Part shown: one piece after another, positions 1-12,500 of the stretch | Numbering within the stretch: the first letter of the stretch is position 1 | Layout of the letters: each line of letters starts with the position of its first letter | From: Azolla caroliniana | Taxonomy: Eukaryota > Plantae > Polypodiophyta | DNA length: 64,000 nt | Direction: 5' to 3' | Assembly (NCBI GenBank): GCA_043228905.1 | Contig: JBHGNT010000011.1 | Location: 2,418,001-2,482,000, forward strand | Program-made: the position numbers and the translations under genes | Notes under the pieces: model-generated | The model's database searches: none | What the model was told of the DNA's origin: nothing | Seen by the model: the letters and a program-made list of their open reading frames with translations, nothing else

Positions 1-245
1 ATTTTGTAACTCTTTCATGAAAATGATTATAAATTTCATACACTTTCTCATATATTATTTTATATCTTATCTTGTCTTATCTTATATTCCTTAAAAATCC
101 TAATTTGTCATATCTTATTGATCTCTATTCACTCCATCTCTACTCTTTCGTCTCTTCCGTCCATAATCCCAGTGATTCCTTCCTCACTTTCACGTTATCC
201 TTTGTGTGCGCAACGCTACGCTTCTAGGCGAGCCACGTCACGACA
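1..245. mobile_element. End of an LTR (terminates ...CACGACA) inserted into the RT/RNase H junction of the adjacent Copia
   Basis: Homology of the Copia pol to the copy at 47.2 kb stops abruptly at 246 (ttcggctccga on the minus strand). The sequence to the left ends in CA and is AT-rich with TATAAAT near 28. The other end lies outside the window. Confidence 0.6.
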
Positions 246-3200
246 TCGGAGCCGAATCAGAGACACATATCCAAAGTGCCCTTCAAGTACCGGAGTATCC
301 ATTTGACCGCGTTCCAGTGCTCCTTGTCGGGATTGCTCATAAACCGGCTCACCACTCCGACTGCGTATCCTATATTCGGTCGGGTACACACCATTGCGTA
401 CATTAAGCTCCCGACGGCAGAGGCATATGGAACCTTCATCATATCAGCCTTCTCTGCTTTCGTCTTCGGGCTTTGCTCACCGGATAATCTGCAATTTGCC
501 GAGAGTGTTGATCCGACCGGTTTCGCTTCTAAAATGTTGAACCGTTGAAGCACCTTTGTCACGTATTTCTCTTGTGACAGCCACAATTGCTTCGTTGGCC
601 GATTCCGGATGATATGCATCCCCAACATCTGTCTTGCCGGACCCAAGTCTTTCATTGCGAAAGTTCAGTTGAGAGCCTTCTTCAGCATCCGTATTCTGGC
701 TTGGTCTCGTCTGACGATCAACATGTCATCCACGTATAGAAGGAGTATCAGGAAGTCGCCTCCTTCGAACTTCTTCACAAACACGCAGTGATCGGCCTGC
801 GTCTTGTGGTACCCTTGATCGGTCATGAAGGAGTCGAACTTCCAGTACCATTGTCGGGGAGCCTGCTTCAGTTCGTACAAGCTCTTCTTCAACTGGCAAA
901 CCAGGTGCTCCTTCCCTTTCTCCACGAATCCTTCCGGTTGCTGCATGTAGATCTCCTCTTCGAGGTCACCGTGAAGGAATGTCGTCTTCACGTCCAGCTG
1001 CTCTACCTCGAGGTCCATGCTTGCCGCTATACTCAGCACCGTCCAGATGGAGGTTATCTTTACTACCGGGGCAAATATCTCGTCGAAGTCCACACCCTTC
1101 TTCTGTTGGAACCCCTTCACCACGATCCTGGCTTTGTATTTCGGGGGGTTGCCGGCATCTCCCGATTTCAACTTGTACACCCACTTGTTTCAGAGTGCCC
1201 GCTTTCCTTTCGGCAACTCCACCAATTCGTACGTATGGTTCTCATCCAGGGAATCCATCTCATCCTGCATGGTACTTAACCATTTGCGGTTGTGGGTGTC
1301 ATCCTTCGCTTCTTCGAAGCTTTCCGGCTCTCCCTCATCGGTCAGCAGCACATGCTCTGCATCCGGAAATCTCCGGGGGGGCCTTCTCTCTCTAAGAGGA
1401 TATCTCCGTCTTTGGCTTTCGGCAACCGACTCCTCTATTTGTTCTTCATCCGAATCCAATTCAGGATCTTGGCCGGTTCCGATTTCAGCTTCCTCTACTT
1501 CTTCTTCTGCCGGTTTGGTATCCTCACCGTAGCCGGCTGGTTCCTCGAGTGTCAACCGGCTCTTAGCCGGGTGTGTCCGAATCTCATCGGAGTTCATTAT
1601 CTTCTTCTCCAACTCCCAGTCGGCAAGAGTCTTGTCCTCCATGAAGATAATATCTGGACTCCGGAAAGCCTTCTTGTCAACCGAATCCCACACTCGGTAG
1701 CTGAACTCATCATCGCCGTGTCCGAGGAATATGCATGGCCAGGCCTTTGGATCCAACTTTCCTCTCCAGTCCTTAGCAACATGAACGTACGCGAGACACC
1801 TGAACACCTTCAGATGCCGGTAGGACACTTCCTTACCGGTCCACACCTTCTACGGTGTGTCTCCATCCAAGGGCACTTAGGGTGATCTGTTTATCACATA
1901 CGTCGTTGTCGACAGCGCCTCAGCCCAAAACTTCTTGGGTAATTTTGCATGCGCCAGCATACTCCGGACCCTCTCCATTATGGTCCGGTTCATCCTCTCG
2001 GCCAGCCCGTTTAGTTCCGGCGTCTTCGGCACGGTAAATTCGAGCCGGATTCCCTTCGAGTGACAGTACTCCTTGAACTGCCCCCGGTATTCACCTTCGT
2101 TATCTGCTCGAACCGCCTTCAGCTCCCAGCCGGTTTCTATTTCCACTCTCACGTGGAGCTCTTTGAAGACGGATAGCACCTGATCCTTTGTCTTCAACGG
2201 TGTGGCCCACAGCTTCCGGTTGTGGTCATCTATGAACGCCACGAAGTACTGCGATCCGGCATGTGATTTCGTGTCCACTTGACATACATCAGTATGCACC
2301 AACTCCAGTGGTGCATTACGTCTCATCGGTGGCCTCGATCGGAAGGAGGTTCGGTTTTGTTTACCGACTAGACAATCAGTGCACTTATCCAAGTGCACGT
2401 TCTTCACTGGAATGAGGTTGTCGTCTGCAAGCCTCTTCATCCCCTTCTCACTCATGTGACACACCCTCTTGTGCCACAGCTCACCGGCAGTGTCGGAAGC
2501 CATGTTCACTTCTTCCGGGCATAACCGGGCATTCATCAGGTACAACGTGTTTACCTTCCGGGCCCGAGCCACAATCAGACTCCCTTTGTTGAACTTCATA
2601 ACACCGTTCCGGATGCTACCCGTGTAGCCTTCATCATCTAGCCGACCGGCTGATATCAGGTTCAGACGAACCTCCAGAACATGTCAGACATCCTTCAGTA
2701 GCAGCTTGCATCCGGTTGGTGTTGTCAACCACACGTCTCCTATGCCAACAATTCAGCATGTACCTTCATTCCCCATCCGGACACAGCCGTGATCACCGAC
2801 TGAGTAGGATGAGAAGCATTTCCGGTCCGGGGCAAGGTGGAACGACGCTCCGGAGTCGACCACCCAGGTCATCTCGTCGCCGGCAAGGTTTAGCTCACTC
2901 TCCTCGGTGATGAGCATCAACTCTTCTTCACTTGCCGCGATTGCCACCGTTCCCTTCAGGTCCGTTCCCCTCCGGTCTTTACCGTTCCGGTCCGGTGTCC
3001 GCTTCGAATCGGTGTCGTCGGTTTCCTTGTCTTTTCGAAAGTGCCGACAGTTTTTCTGGAAGTGTCCCGGCTTGCCGCAATAGAAGCAAGTAGGCCTCCC
3101 CCTTGACTTTGACCGTGTTCCCGACTTCTCCCGGTTCTGGGGACTTCGGTTCCTTTCTCTTCCGCATTCCAATTCGGTAATGAGCGCTTTGGAGTCGGAG

Positions 3201-3781
3201 TTTGTATCCTTGTCTTTCCGACGTGCCTCCTCAATCAACAAGCTCGACTTCACTCTTGCCAGGGATAACCGTTTCCCTTCCGACCCGGCGTTGCCCAAAG
3301 TGACAACCAACGTCTCCCAGCTATCTGGGAGGGAACCGAGCAGGAGCACTGCTAGTACCTCATCAGCGAGAGGTACTTCCAATGATGTTGCCTGGTGGAT
3401 CAACCCCTGGAAGGCATTCATGTGCTCCGCCATGTTGGAGCCATCTTGGTACCGGAGTCTTACTAGCTTCCGAAATACCAAAACCTGATTAACAACATTT
3501 TTGTTCTGAAACATAATGTCGATCTTCTCCCAAAGCTCATGAGCCTTGCTCTCTTCATTGAAGTTGTTGTATAGACTCATGTCGATGAAGCACCGTATGT
3601 ACGCCGTTGTCTTCATGTGCATCACCTCCCATATCGTGGTGTCGATTTTGTCCGGTCTCTTGTCCCCGAACTGAACCGGCAACCAAAGATCTTTAACCAC
3701 GAGCATGTCCCTCATCTTCGACTTCCACACCGAATAGTTGGAGCCGGTGAGCTTGAACATGCCTCCCAATGAATTGTCCAA
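246..3781 (-). pseudogene. Copia gag-pol polyprotein with premature stops
   Basis: Copia domain order gag-PR-INT-RT in collinear ORF pieces; near-identical to ORFs at 44226-47763. Confidence 0.9.
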
Positions 3782-3811
3782 TTTCTGTGTCGTTTCGCTC
3801 TAATACCACTT

Positions 3812-4449
3812 TGACAGGAATACACGCTCCCGATGAACAAAGCTCGGCCACAACCGAGCCTAGGATCAAACATAGAAAACGGGTAATGAATGCACGACAC
3901 AGTGAAGAGAAGAGTACACAAGATGTTAACGTGGAAAACCCAAACTAGGGAAAAACCACGGTACCCCAGAGACTGCAAACTATCACTATATCACAATGTA
4001 CAATAGTAAAGCACCGAGGCAATGACCTCAAGCTTGCTATCTTCGCCACAAGCGGTGGTTACAACAGAGGCAACGACCTCTTCCTCTCTCTCTCTCTCTC
4101 TGTACACAGTTACGCGCTCAAATCTTGCACCAACAAGAATGACAACTACACAACACAAAGTTTGCCTAAGTTATATTTATACTAATATGACTTTTCGGCT
4201 ATTTACAAATATAGCCCCAATGGACTCTCAGAAGCATATTTACGAATATGTCCCTTCATCCAGTGAGCACTTCTCACCGGGCCTTCACCATCCGGCTCTT
4301 GCCGAGTACTCGTCATCCGGTTCTCACCGGGCCTTCCTTGCCGGGTACTCCACATCCGGTTCTCACCGGGTCTTCCATTGCCGGGTACTCCACATCCGGT
4401 TTCTCACTGTTCTTCTCACTTCCCATCCGGAGGGACCTGTTTCCTAACA
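3812..4449 (-). repeat. 5' LTR of family-A Copia
   Basis: TG...CA ends, adjacent PBS, starts tgttaggaaacaggtccctccggatggg like the LTRs at 43460 and 47774; internal CCGG-rich repeats 4270-4410. Confidence 0.9.
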
Positions 4450-5393
4450 AGAGGTACTTCCAACGAGGTGGCTTGGTGTATCAGCCCCTGGAAGGCATTC
4501 ATGTGCTCCGCCATACTGGAGTACTAAAACCTCACTAGCTTTCGGAATACCGAAACCCGATTAACAACATTCTTGTTCTAGAACATGATGCCGATCTTCT
4601 CCCAGAGTTCATGAGCCTTGCTCTCTTCATTGAAGTTGTTGTACAAGCTCATGTCGATGAAGCACTAGATGTATGCCGTCATCTTCATGTGCATCACCTC
4701 CCATGTTATGGCGTCGATCTTATATGGTCTCTTGTCCCCGAACTGAACCGGCAACCAAAGATCTTTAACCACCAGCATATCCCTCATCTTCGACTTCCAC
4801 ACTGAGTAGTTGGAGCCGGTGAGCTTGAACATGTCGTTGAACGATTCTTCCATTTCCTGTGTGGTTCGCTTTGATACCATATTGAAGAGAATTGCATGGA
4901 ATATTGCTCGGCCACAACCAAGTCTTGAATCACTTCGTTTAAGGATCAAACACAGAAATGGGAATAAAGATGAATACACGTACACCAAAAGAGAGTACAT
5001 AGGATGTTTACGTGGAAAACCCTGAATGGAAAAACCACGAGAGCCTACAAACTCCGAACTAACACTATATGAGAAAGGTACAGTCAGAGACTCGGAGGCA
5101 ACGACCTTGAGCTCTATTTCTTTGCCAAGAGGCGGTTACAACATAATATCACTCTATATCTCCTCTCACGCTCTCTCTCAATACAACAGTTATGCACATA
5201 CAACAATATAATAACCACATACAAAGTGATTCCCTAAGTCATATTTATACTTATATGAACTTAGGGCTATTTACAAATATAGCCTCAATAGGCTGACTCA
5301 AAACATATTTACAAATATGTCTTCTCTTTCGGTTCTCACCGGGTCCTCTTCATTCATCACCGAATCCCATCCGGAGGGACCAATTTCCCAACA
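4450..5393 (-). mobile_element. 5' part (LTR, PBS, gag start) of an older family-A-related Copia that hosts the element at 246-4449
   Basis: LTR about 4883-5393, PBS cgctttgatacca 4867-4879, gag MEESFNDMFKLTGSNYSVWKSKMRD... continuing to 4450 where the younger LTR is inserted. Confidence 0.85.
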
Positions 5394-6555
5394 CGGTTCT
5401 GCATGAGGCCCATTGCGGTATTGCCAATGGTCATTATGCAGGAGAAACGACGACAAGGAAAATTTGGAAAAGCGACCTGTGGTGGCTGACTACCTCAAAA
5501 GACGCAGTCGACTATTGTCAACATTGTGATGTTTGTCAGCCAATAGTCGACATTGTGATGTATGTCAACAGATCGGACAACCCACCGAGAAAGATAGGAT
5601 GCCACATCAATTGGTATTACCTTTGGAGCCATTTCAAAAATGGGGTCTCGACTTTGTCAGACCTTTCAAACCAGCAACTACACGAACAAGAAATTGCTAT
5701 ATTATAGTTGCCACTGACTACTGTACCAAGTGGGTTGAAGCCAAAGCACTTCGGGATAACACGATGGTGTCGACAACTAAATTTCTCTATGAATCCATAT
5801 GGTGTCGATTCGGTTGTCCAATTGAAGTTGTAAGTGATTAGGGTACTCATTTTATAAATAAAATTGTACATGAGCTATCCACTTATTATGCGGTGGTACA
5901 AAAAAGAAGTACTCCATACTATCCTCAAGCCAATGGATTGGTAGAATCGATAAACAAAACACTACAAATGATTTTGAGAAAAATAGTGAATGAGAATAGA
6001 ACTGATTGGGACTAGAAGCTTCATAGTGCTTTAAGGGCATACCAGACTTCATATAAAACAATTATGAAATTGACCCCATTTCGGATGGCATTCGGACTCA
6101 AAGGCGTAATGCCAATCGAATTTCAAAGTCCGACACTACGAGTTCAGATCATTGAAAGATTAGATGAAGAGCAGTTCGAACGAATGAGGAAGGAACAATT
6201 GTTGGTGTTGGGGGAAAGTTGGCTTCAAGCTATGTGTGCATTAGAGCAGAAACAAAGGCAAACAAAGGCATTCGTGGACCGACACCGAAAACAAAAGGAA
6301 AAGATGTTTGAAATCGGCAAACCAGTATTGGTATTTCAAACAAAGATGGGTTTGATGCTAGGAAAACTTCGATTTCGGTGGACAACACCATTTTGGATAA
6401 TCAACAGCAAAAATGGCACATATAAAGTCGAGATGCTGGCAGGAGAAATTTTGCCGAAATGGACGAATGGATTTCGACTCAAACCTTATCAAGGACCAAT
6501 GCCGGAAAACCCATTCAGAGTCAGAGTCGATACCGGCAGTCGGCCGACCACGTAG
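5394..6555 (+). pseudogene. Gypsy integrase (HHCC, DDE core, C-terminal module) with stops
   Basis: ORFs 5533-5841 and 6064-6555 carry Athila/Tat-type integrase motifs. Confidence 0.9.
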
Positions 6556-8554
6556 TAACGTGGCAAGGGGACAAAAGTGTAAATATGAGCTAGAGTGAAA
6601 AAAAAAACGATCTTGGAAAATTATAACAAAAAATATTCTTGTTATGATGACTTCTTGGCACTGCCCTTTTCAGACTATAAATGGGCAGGCTAACAAATCA
6701 TTTAGTATTCATTACGAGTGGTGGTTATTGAAAGTATTATTACTATATTCGTACTATCACTACCATTAATAGCAAGTTTTCATTAAACTCCTCGAAAAAT
6801 GGCCCAACTTTTCTCCAAAAACACTCTGTGTCCAGTCTGTGTCTTACAACAACGCAAACATCTTCGAGCACACAGAGCACCAAACTGTCAAGCTTCTTCC
6901 TTTCGCTTCTCTCCATCAATCACCGATCACTCTCACACCACTAAAGACGATACCATGCCGATTCCGGTATCTAACAAGCTTCGTAATTGGTTGCACAACA
7001 AGGGACTACAAGGATATCTAAGGGTTGCAGATGTCCAACCCCATCCCCGTGCTACAGAAATCGTGAATCAAATCAACGTCGCCAAAATCACCAACAAACA
7101 GGTATACCGATATCTTAATCTTAAAAGGGAAGGTCGATGGTATGGAGCCACTAAAACCAGAAGTGCTAAGGTCATATTTCGGCGAATATTCACCATCAAC
7201 CAAAGGTTATAAAACTCAAGGCAACGAAGACGAACTATTCCAAGAAGTAGCCAAATTCTTGCTAGAAGTGGCTTTCGTCGGTCCCTAGTTCTACTGCATG
7301 CCCAAGGAAAGGGCATGATTTATTATCACTACATATGAAGGGGAGACCGTCGATTGGGGGTACCTAACAGGGGAAGCGATGCGGGACCAATTGAAAGGGG
7401 TACAAGACAACAAACCCATGAAACCTATCTTCGGTCGATGGCTCATAGTACTCTGCTCGACACCAAGTACGGAGAGTTGGCATAAAATCCCATGGAAGGA
7501 AAGAGGGCAGCTAGAGTCGACATGGAGGGCCCGGAGGGAAGTACCGCGAGAAGAATGGCAAGAATCGGAGCCGACACCTATTGATAACCAAGAGTCGGAA
7601 CCACCCCAACAATCGGAAGCCGAGCCCCAACGAGAGCAGGAGCCGACTCCGAATCCCGACACCCCGGTCACGGAGCCAATACTGACTCCGATTTCCCATT
7701 CCCAACTTGCTCAGGAACCGATTCCACAAACTCACCCTATCCATGAATAAACCCCAATTTCCGAGGCTACGAATCAGCCACAACCGCTTCGAACGAAGCA
7801 GAAATGTCAAAGGTTTCAACAAACGGAAGAAGACATACAAGCGGCGAAGAGACATCAGTTGCTGACACACTCCGATAAACAACTAGAACGTGAAACGTAT
7901 GTCGATCCACCCGACACAAGTCGCGTCTAGAAAAGGGTAAATCCTCCACGATGTCCCTAGATGAAGTACTAGGATTGCCAGAGTTATTGGTGGCAGTGCA
8001 TGAATTCGCAACAATTCTACAAATCAAAACATCTTTCAAACTTGTCGAATGGCTGGCTCATCGATTATAGTATGCATCTAACATACTGGCCCAAGAACAC
8101 AAAGTTCGCATCATGATCCAAAAGGCCATGATCGGTATGATCAAGCCAGAGGAACAACCGGAGTTGGACCACATTGGCCAACTACGGGGTGCTAAGTATA
8201 AGGGAGAGGCAATTCAGATGCTTTCCTTGAACATGGCTCTGGTAGAGGTCCATAGGGAATATGCAAGAACAAACAAGGCGGCATAGGACATGGCCGAAGC
8301 ATCCAAAAGGGCCAAGGTGGCAGCTGATCATTTACATGATCAATATTCGACAACTACAAAGGACAACGCTAACTTGTCGGAGAAACTCCGCCAAGCAGAG
8401 GACAACCTAAAGTAGGCTGAGGATCATATGCATGTATGACTCAAGGATCAGTTGTGCGAGACAGAAAAGAAGGTTGAAGAGGCCAACAACAGAGGTGCCA
8501 AGGCCGAGGAGAAGGTAAAAGAAGATGGAAGACTTCATAACACTTGCCAAAACC

Positions 8555-8921
8555 TGTTAAAGATTGCTTGCGGAAGCGTTAGAAAGAACAATACACAGAG
8601 AGAGAGAGAGAGAGTAGGACACAGTATTTTCAAAAATTATATGAACACTCTGTGCTCTTTGTTTCTACAACGCGCTCATTAGCGCTATTTATACAAGTCC
8701 ACACGGGACTATTAGAAGTACGGTGCACTTCAATGCTCACACGAGCATCTAACACTAACTACGAGACTATAACTACCTAGTAGTCTAACCTATACTAGGC
8801 TTCCGGTTACGGATTGGATCCGGCATACCGGCTCGGTTGCTCACCGGCATACCGATTCATCTCACTTATCGGCTCATGCTTATTCAGCTAATCCGGCTCC
8901 GGTTGAGCTTGCCGCTCAACA
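8555..8921 (-). repeat. 3' LTR of family-B Copia
   Basis: Direct repeat of 13946-14373 (shorter GA microsatellite and a U3 indel). Confidence 0.95.
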
Positions 8922-9560
8922 CTCCCCCTCAAGCTCAACCTGAGGTAGGGTCCTAATGTCAACCTCTGTGGCAGCCGGTTCTTCCAAACGACTTCTCCTG
9001 GTGTCGCTTCGTCTTGCTCGCGCTCCTTGTCCGGTCCGGTCCCGTTTGCCGCGACCCCTTTGGTTCTGCGCGCCTCGACCTTCGGCATGTCTGCTCAATA
9101 GGCCCATCTCAGCTCCTTCGCTGCTATGACTCCGGCGCTTGCCGATCCGTTGGTTCCTCCGCGATGGCATCGACTTCCGCTGCGTCCGTGTCTCCTTGGC
9201 CTCTCGTTGATCCGACTCATCCGGATCCGTCTGTTGATCCGAGTCGGCTGTCTCCGACTCGTTCCAGCTCTTGCTCGAATCGGTATCCTCCGATTTGATT
9301 TTCGGCTTCAGGCCTCTCACCACATCGGACCACATCTGGGTCTTGGCCTTCTCCGTGCTTCCCTGGGCTTCTTCAGCCGGTTCACCGAAGTCGAATTCTT
9401 CATTCGACTCCGCATCATAGCCATTACGATCGTGATGACCTCCGCATAGCATGCATTTCTCTTCCTGAGTGTACACTTCTTCTTCACAGACGCTCACTCT
9501 GACTTGTTCGGATGTGCCGACTTCCTTCGTCGACTCGGCTTCATTTTTCTTCGTCTCCAC
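8916..9560 (-). CDS. Putative extra ORF (214 aa, charged, low complexity) between RNase H and the 3' LTR
   Basis: Open 214-codon frame; homologous segment at 51150-51650 keeps KAKTQxWxDVVxGLK. Confidence 0.35.
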   Translation of the reverse strand: METKKNEAESTKEVGTSEQVRVSVCEEEVYTQEEKCMLCGGHHDRNGYDAESNEEFDFGEPAEEAQGSTEKAKTQMWSDVVRGLKPKIKSEDTDSSKSWNESETADSDQQTDPDESDQREAKETRTQRKSMPSRRNQRIGKRRSHSSEGAEMGLLSRHAEGRGAQNQRGRGKRDRTGQGARARRSDTRRSRLEEPAATEVDIRTLPQVELEGEC

Positions 9561-12500
9561 CTCTACCGGTTCTTCTCTTACCTACGGGTTCAACAATTTT
9601 TTTGCCTTTGCCCGTTTCGGTAGTGTCTTTGCCCTTGCGTCTCCCCCTCAAGTGCGGCACATCGAGATGTTGAACACCAAGCATTTCGATAAAGTGTTGC
9701 AGCTTGTCCGACCCGAGCAGCTTGGTGAAGATGTCGGCAACTTGCCGATCCGTGTGAACATACCGTAGTTCAACTTCACCGCTCAGGACCCGCTCACGCA
9801 CGAAGTGATAATGCACTTCTATGTGCTTTGTGCGAGCATGGAACACAGGGTTCTTGGCGAGCTGCATGCTACTGAGGTTATCGCAGTAGATCAGGATCGG
9901 GGTCGGTACCTCGATCCACAGGTCTTGCAGTAGTCGTTGAAGCCAAATGGCTTCGCATGTGGCAACGGTCGCGCCCCGGTATTCAGCCTCAGTGCTGGAT
10001 AGAGCCATTGTTGGCTACTTTTTGCTGTTGCGTGGAGCTCTTCGGTTATACCTTGCCGGTATAAGAGCTCCCGGTCCTTAGTGCCGCTTACATACCTTAG
10101 TATTCGTTGCACACACTGAAGGTGCTCCACAGTCGGCTTCTGCATGAATTGGCTTACCACTCCGACCGGATAGCTAATGTCGGGTCGGGTGATGGTCAAG
10201 TAGATCAGGCTTCCAACTATTTGTCGGAACCTTTTCTCATCGCAGGCTGGTCCGGAGTTGGGACGGATCTTCTGATTCCGGTCCAGGGGTGTGGAGACGG
10301 GTCGGTATTCCGTCATGCCGAACTTGTATAGTATATTCAACACATAATGGCGTTGAGAAAGCAATATGTCGTCGGGGGTGCGGATGACCTCGATCCCCAA
10401 AAAATAATGAAGGTCCCCCAAGTCCTTCATATCGAATGCGTCTGACAACTGGGACTTGACGCGGTTGATTTCCGAAAGACCTGGGCCGGTGATGATTAAA
10501 TCATCAACATAGACTAAGATACATACCAGACCGTTTGAGCCTTGACGGATGAACAGGGAAGAGTCCGACTTAGAGGCACCAAACCCCATCTTTCGCAACC
10601 AGTGCGTGATCTTAGCATTCCAAGCACGGGGGGCTTGCTTCAAGTTGTACAACGACTTCCTCAGCCGGCATACCGCCGACTTGTTCACCTCCGACTGAAA
10701 TCCGGGGGGCTGAGTCATAAAGACTTCTTCTTCAAGATCTCCTTGAAGGAAGGCATTCTTCACATCCATCTAATGAAGATGCCACCCCCTTGCCGCAGCA
10801 ACCGCCAGTACCACACGAACCGTTGTCATCTTCGCTATAGGAGCGAAGGTCTCGTCATAGTCGATTCTGCGAGTCTGCGCATATCCCTTCACCACTAACC
10901 GGGCCTTGTACCGGTTAACTATATCGTCAACATTGTACTTTATCTTGTACACCCACTTGCATCCGATCTGTTTACAGTGACAAGGAGGGTCAACCAGGTC
11001 CCAAGTTCCGTTGGCATCTAGTGCCCGCATTTCTTCCTCCATAGCGGCACGCCAATTTGCGTCCTTTACCGCTTCTGCGTAGCTCTCCGGCTCACGTACT
11101 TCCGCGACCTTGGTCATGTATGCATAATGATGCGCCATGTACTCGTTATACCCGTACCGTTTAACGGGATCCTTCTGGCGGGTGGACCGACGTAGCTCAC
11201 CGTTTCCCGGTATGAGACCCTTCTTGGCCGGTTCGGTCTTCGTTCCCGAAGATCTGCCTATGTCCTTGCCGAAGTCAGATACGCACCGATCTGACTCATC
11301 ATTGTCGGTCTCGAATTCCGGCATCTTCTACTTCCCTTTCTCTTTGCGTGTGAACCGTCTCCTCGGTTCCTTGTGCGGGGAGAGCACGACAGAGTCTCCA
11401 CTACTCGCAGTCTCATCATCCGACTGGTTGGACTGATCCAGTCTCTCATTCGGTCCGCTTAACCGGAATGATTTCGGACTCTCATCTTGAGTCCCGGCTT
11501 CATCTTTCTCTACCTGGGCCGGTTCAGGGTCACTAGCCCCATCCTCCGACATCGGGTCGGGATCGGAAGTCGGAGTTGGTAAGGAATACCACGATGTCGA
11601 TTCATCAAACTCGACATCTCGACTGACTCGGACCTGCTTCGTCCAGGGGTTATAACACTTATACCCCTTTTGCTCTTGAGCATAGCCGACTATGATGCAT
11701 TTTTTCGATTTTGCATCCAGCTTTCTCCGCTTCTCATCCGGCACATGTACATAGGCTATGCTGCCGAATATCCAGAGGTGTCTCAAATTCGGCTTGCGCC
11801 CGAAATACAACTCGTGAGCTGACACCTTGTCCCCGATCCGGTTCTAGATGTAAATGGCCGTTTAAACCACCTCCGCCTAGTAGAACTTGGGCATGCTCTT
11901 TTCCTCCAGCATTGCCCTAGCCGCGTCAATCAACGACCGATTCTTCCTTTCGGCCACACCATTCCGTTGCGGTGTGTATCTGCAGCTGAATTCTCGCCGA
12001 ATTCCTTTTTGTTGCAGATAGTTGTTGAATTGGCTGGAAAAGTACTCTTTTCCGCCATCCGACAGTAGGCATTTGATCTTCCTCTTTGATTCCCGTTCCA
12101 CCATCTTCTGGAGGCTCCGGAAACACTCGAAGACTTCGCTCTTCCGCTCAATGAGGTAGATCCATGTATGTCGTGTGTAGTCGTCGATGAAGGAGACGAA
12201 ATATCGACTCCCGCCAATGCTAACATTTTGTGCCGGTTCCCACACATCTGAATGGATAAGATCGAGCTAATTACGGCTTCGATTTCTTTCGGTGGGGAAT
12301 GGAAGCCGGTGTTGCTTCCCGAGTTGGCAGGCTTCACAAACCTGGGCTCTCCGGCCGCTAAACTTCGGCAAACCGAAAACGACTTGTTTTGTTTGCAGGT
12401 CTTTAAGCCTCCGGTAGTTGACGTGGCTGATCCACTTGTGCCACAGGTCGATATCCCACTCGACCTTCTGTCCTTTGGCAAACAGTGCGGTGTCGACGTC

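Larger units (their letters stand above)
246..4449 (-). mobile_element. Ty1/Copia (Tnt1-like, family A) retrotransposon: 5' LTR plus gag-pol, interrupted at 245
   Basis: 5' LTR 3812-4449 (TGTTAGG...CTGTCA on minus), Met-i PBS tggtattagagcg 3796-3808. ORFs 2753-3781 (gag, CFYCGKPGHFQKNC knuckle, VDSGAS protease), 1877-2599 (integrase), 665-1180 and 257-655 (RT, YVDD). In-frame stops split the polyprotein. Confidence 0.95.

Noticed and set aside
788-1885. Long plus-strand ORFs antisense to Copia pol (also 45990-46821 on minus, and similar ones in family B)
   Set aside because: Shadow frames of GC-rich, stop-poor retroelement coding sequence; no recognisable motifs
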